Source of the DNA: Dipteris shenzhenensis
Lineage: Eukaryota
Strand: one strand, 5' to 3'
NCBI GenBank assembly: GCA_047967505.1
Contig: CM106538.1
DNA length: 64,000 bases
Part shown: positions 63,241 through 64,000 of the stretch, in pieces
Layout: every line of letters starts with the position of its first letter
Position numbering within the stretch: the stretch's first letter is position 1
Program-made: the position numbers and the translations under genes
The notes under the pieces: generated by a model
What the model saw: the letters and a program-made list of their open reading frames with translations, nothing else
The model's database searches: none
What the model was told of the DNA's origin: nothing

Positions 63241-64000
63241 GGTTTTATTTTTTCAAGTTTACGATTTATATACTTGCAAACTTTGTAAGGTTGAGGAATT
63301 GTTTATGTGGTGAGGGACTAACATTTCTATATACTACACTATCGATGATACAAGACTATTCTAAAATACACGCTATATGGACATTTGTTTAGTAAGGTCC
63401 ATATATCACAAAGTTTACATAAGTAAGGATAACATGTTTTTTTGAGAAAAAAAATAAGCATTACATATACTCATAGTTACATGCACTTTTTGTATGATTT
63501 ACATTTGTGAACATATTTTTCATGAAATCACATATGCAATGATGACAAAACCTTCTTGCACTAAAAAAGTAGAAAAACTACTATTTACCATTGATGCTAT
63601 GACTTTCTTCATCGGTCTAAAAAACATAAAGTAGACTACTACTATCGATAGTACTTGTTGATAAAGGCAATCATGGCGTAATAGGTATGACATGCCACCA
63701 CCTATTATTATCCACCATTGGTTGATAGACAACCTAATTCAAACACAAATACAATCATGTTATTTTCCTTGCATCGAAGGTATCAAATATTTAAAAGTGA
63801 GTATTTTTATATGTGTGTACAATACCTATTCACATTGTTGCGGTAGTACTAGTGTGTCCTTCTTACTTTGCCAAAACTTTGTGGAGTCAATAGTTACAAA
63901 GCCATTTGCATGGTGTTTGATTGTTGCATTAGGGCCTCTTTCCACCACGTCCTTAAACCACTTGACATCCAAAACATACACAAAGAAGCGTCGAAAGTCA

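Overview
Eukaryotic, repeat-dense land-plant DNA; the transposon mix suggests a non-seed plant such as a fern or lycophyte (inference). There are two host genes. One is a family-1 UDP-glycosyltransferase (11826-13295), whose upstream ~1.8 kb is tandemly repeated about 3.5 times up to 47 bp before the ATG. The other is a 4-exon TBL (PMR5N/PC-esterase) O-acetyltransferase gene (58359-60961) with a 1-bp frameshift. The rest is mostly nested transposable elements: (1) Copia fragments, a Helitron-like Rep remnant and a decayed Gypsy. (2) A 21.7-kb Gypsy (25557-47228) with a tRNA-His PBS, 4-bp TSD, TG..TA ends, an archaeal-type RNase H placed upstream of gag, and a degenerate native RNase H. Nested inside it are a Sola-like transposase, a RAG1/Transib/Chapaev-like transposase, and a young Copia whose leader carries a RACK1 fragment. 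(3) A 7.4-kb CACTA-like TIR element (48303-55745) carrying a decayed ParB-like domain plus a prokaryote-type beta-class DNA amino-methyltransferase and a BAH-like gene. The last is the best candidate for an undescribed system. All family assignments come from motifs recognised by eye and need HMM/BLAST confirmation.
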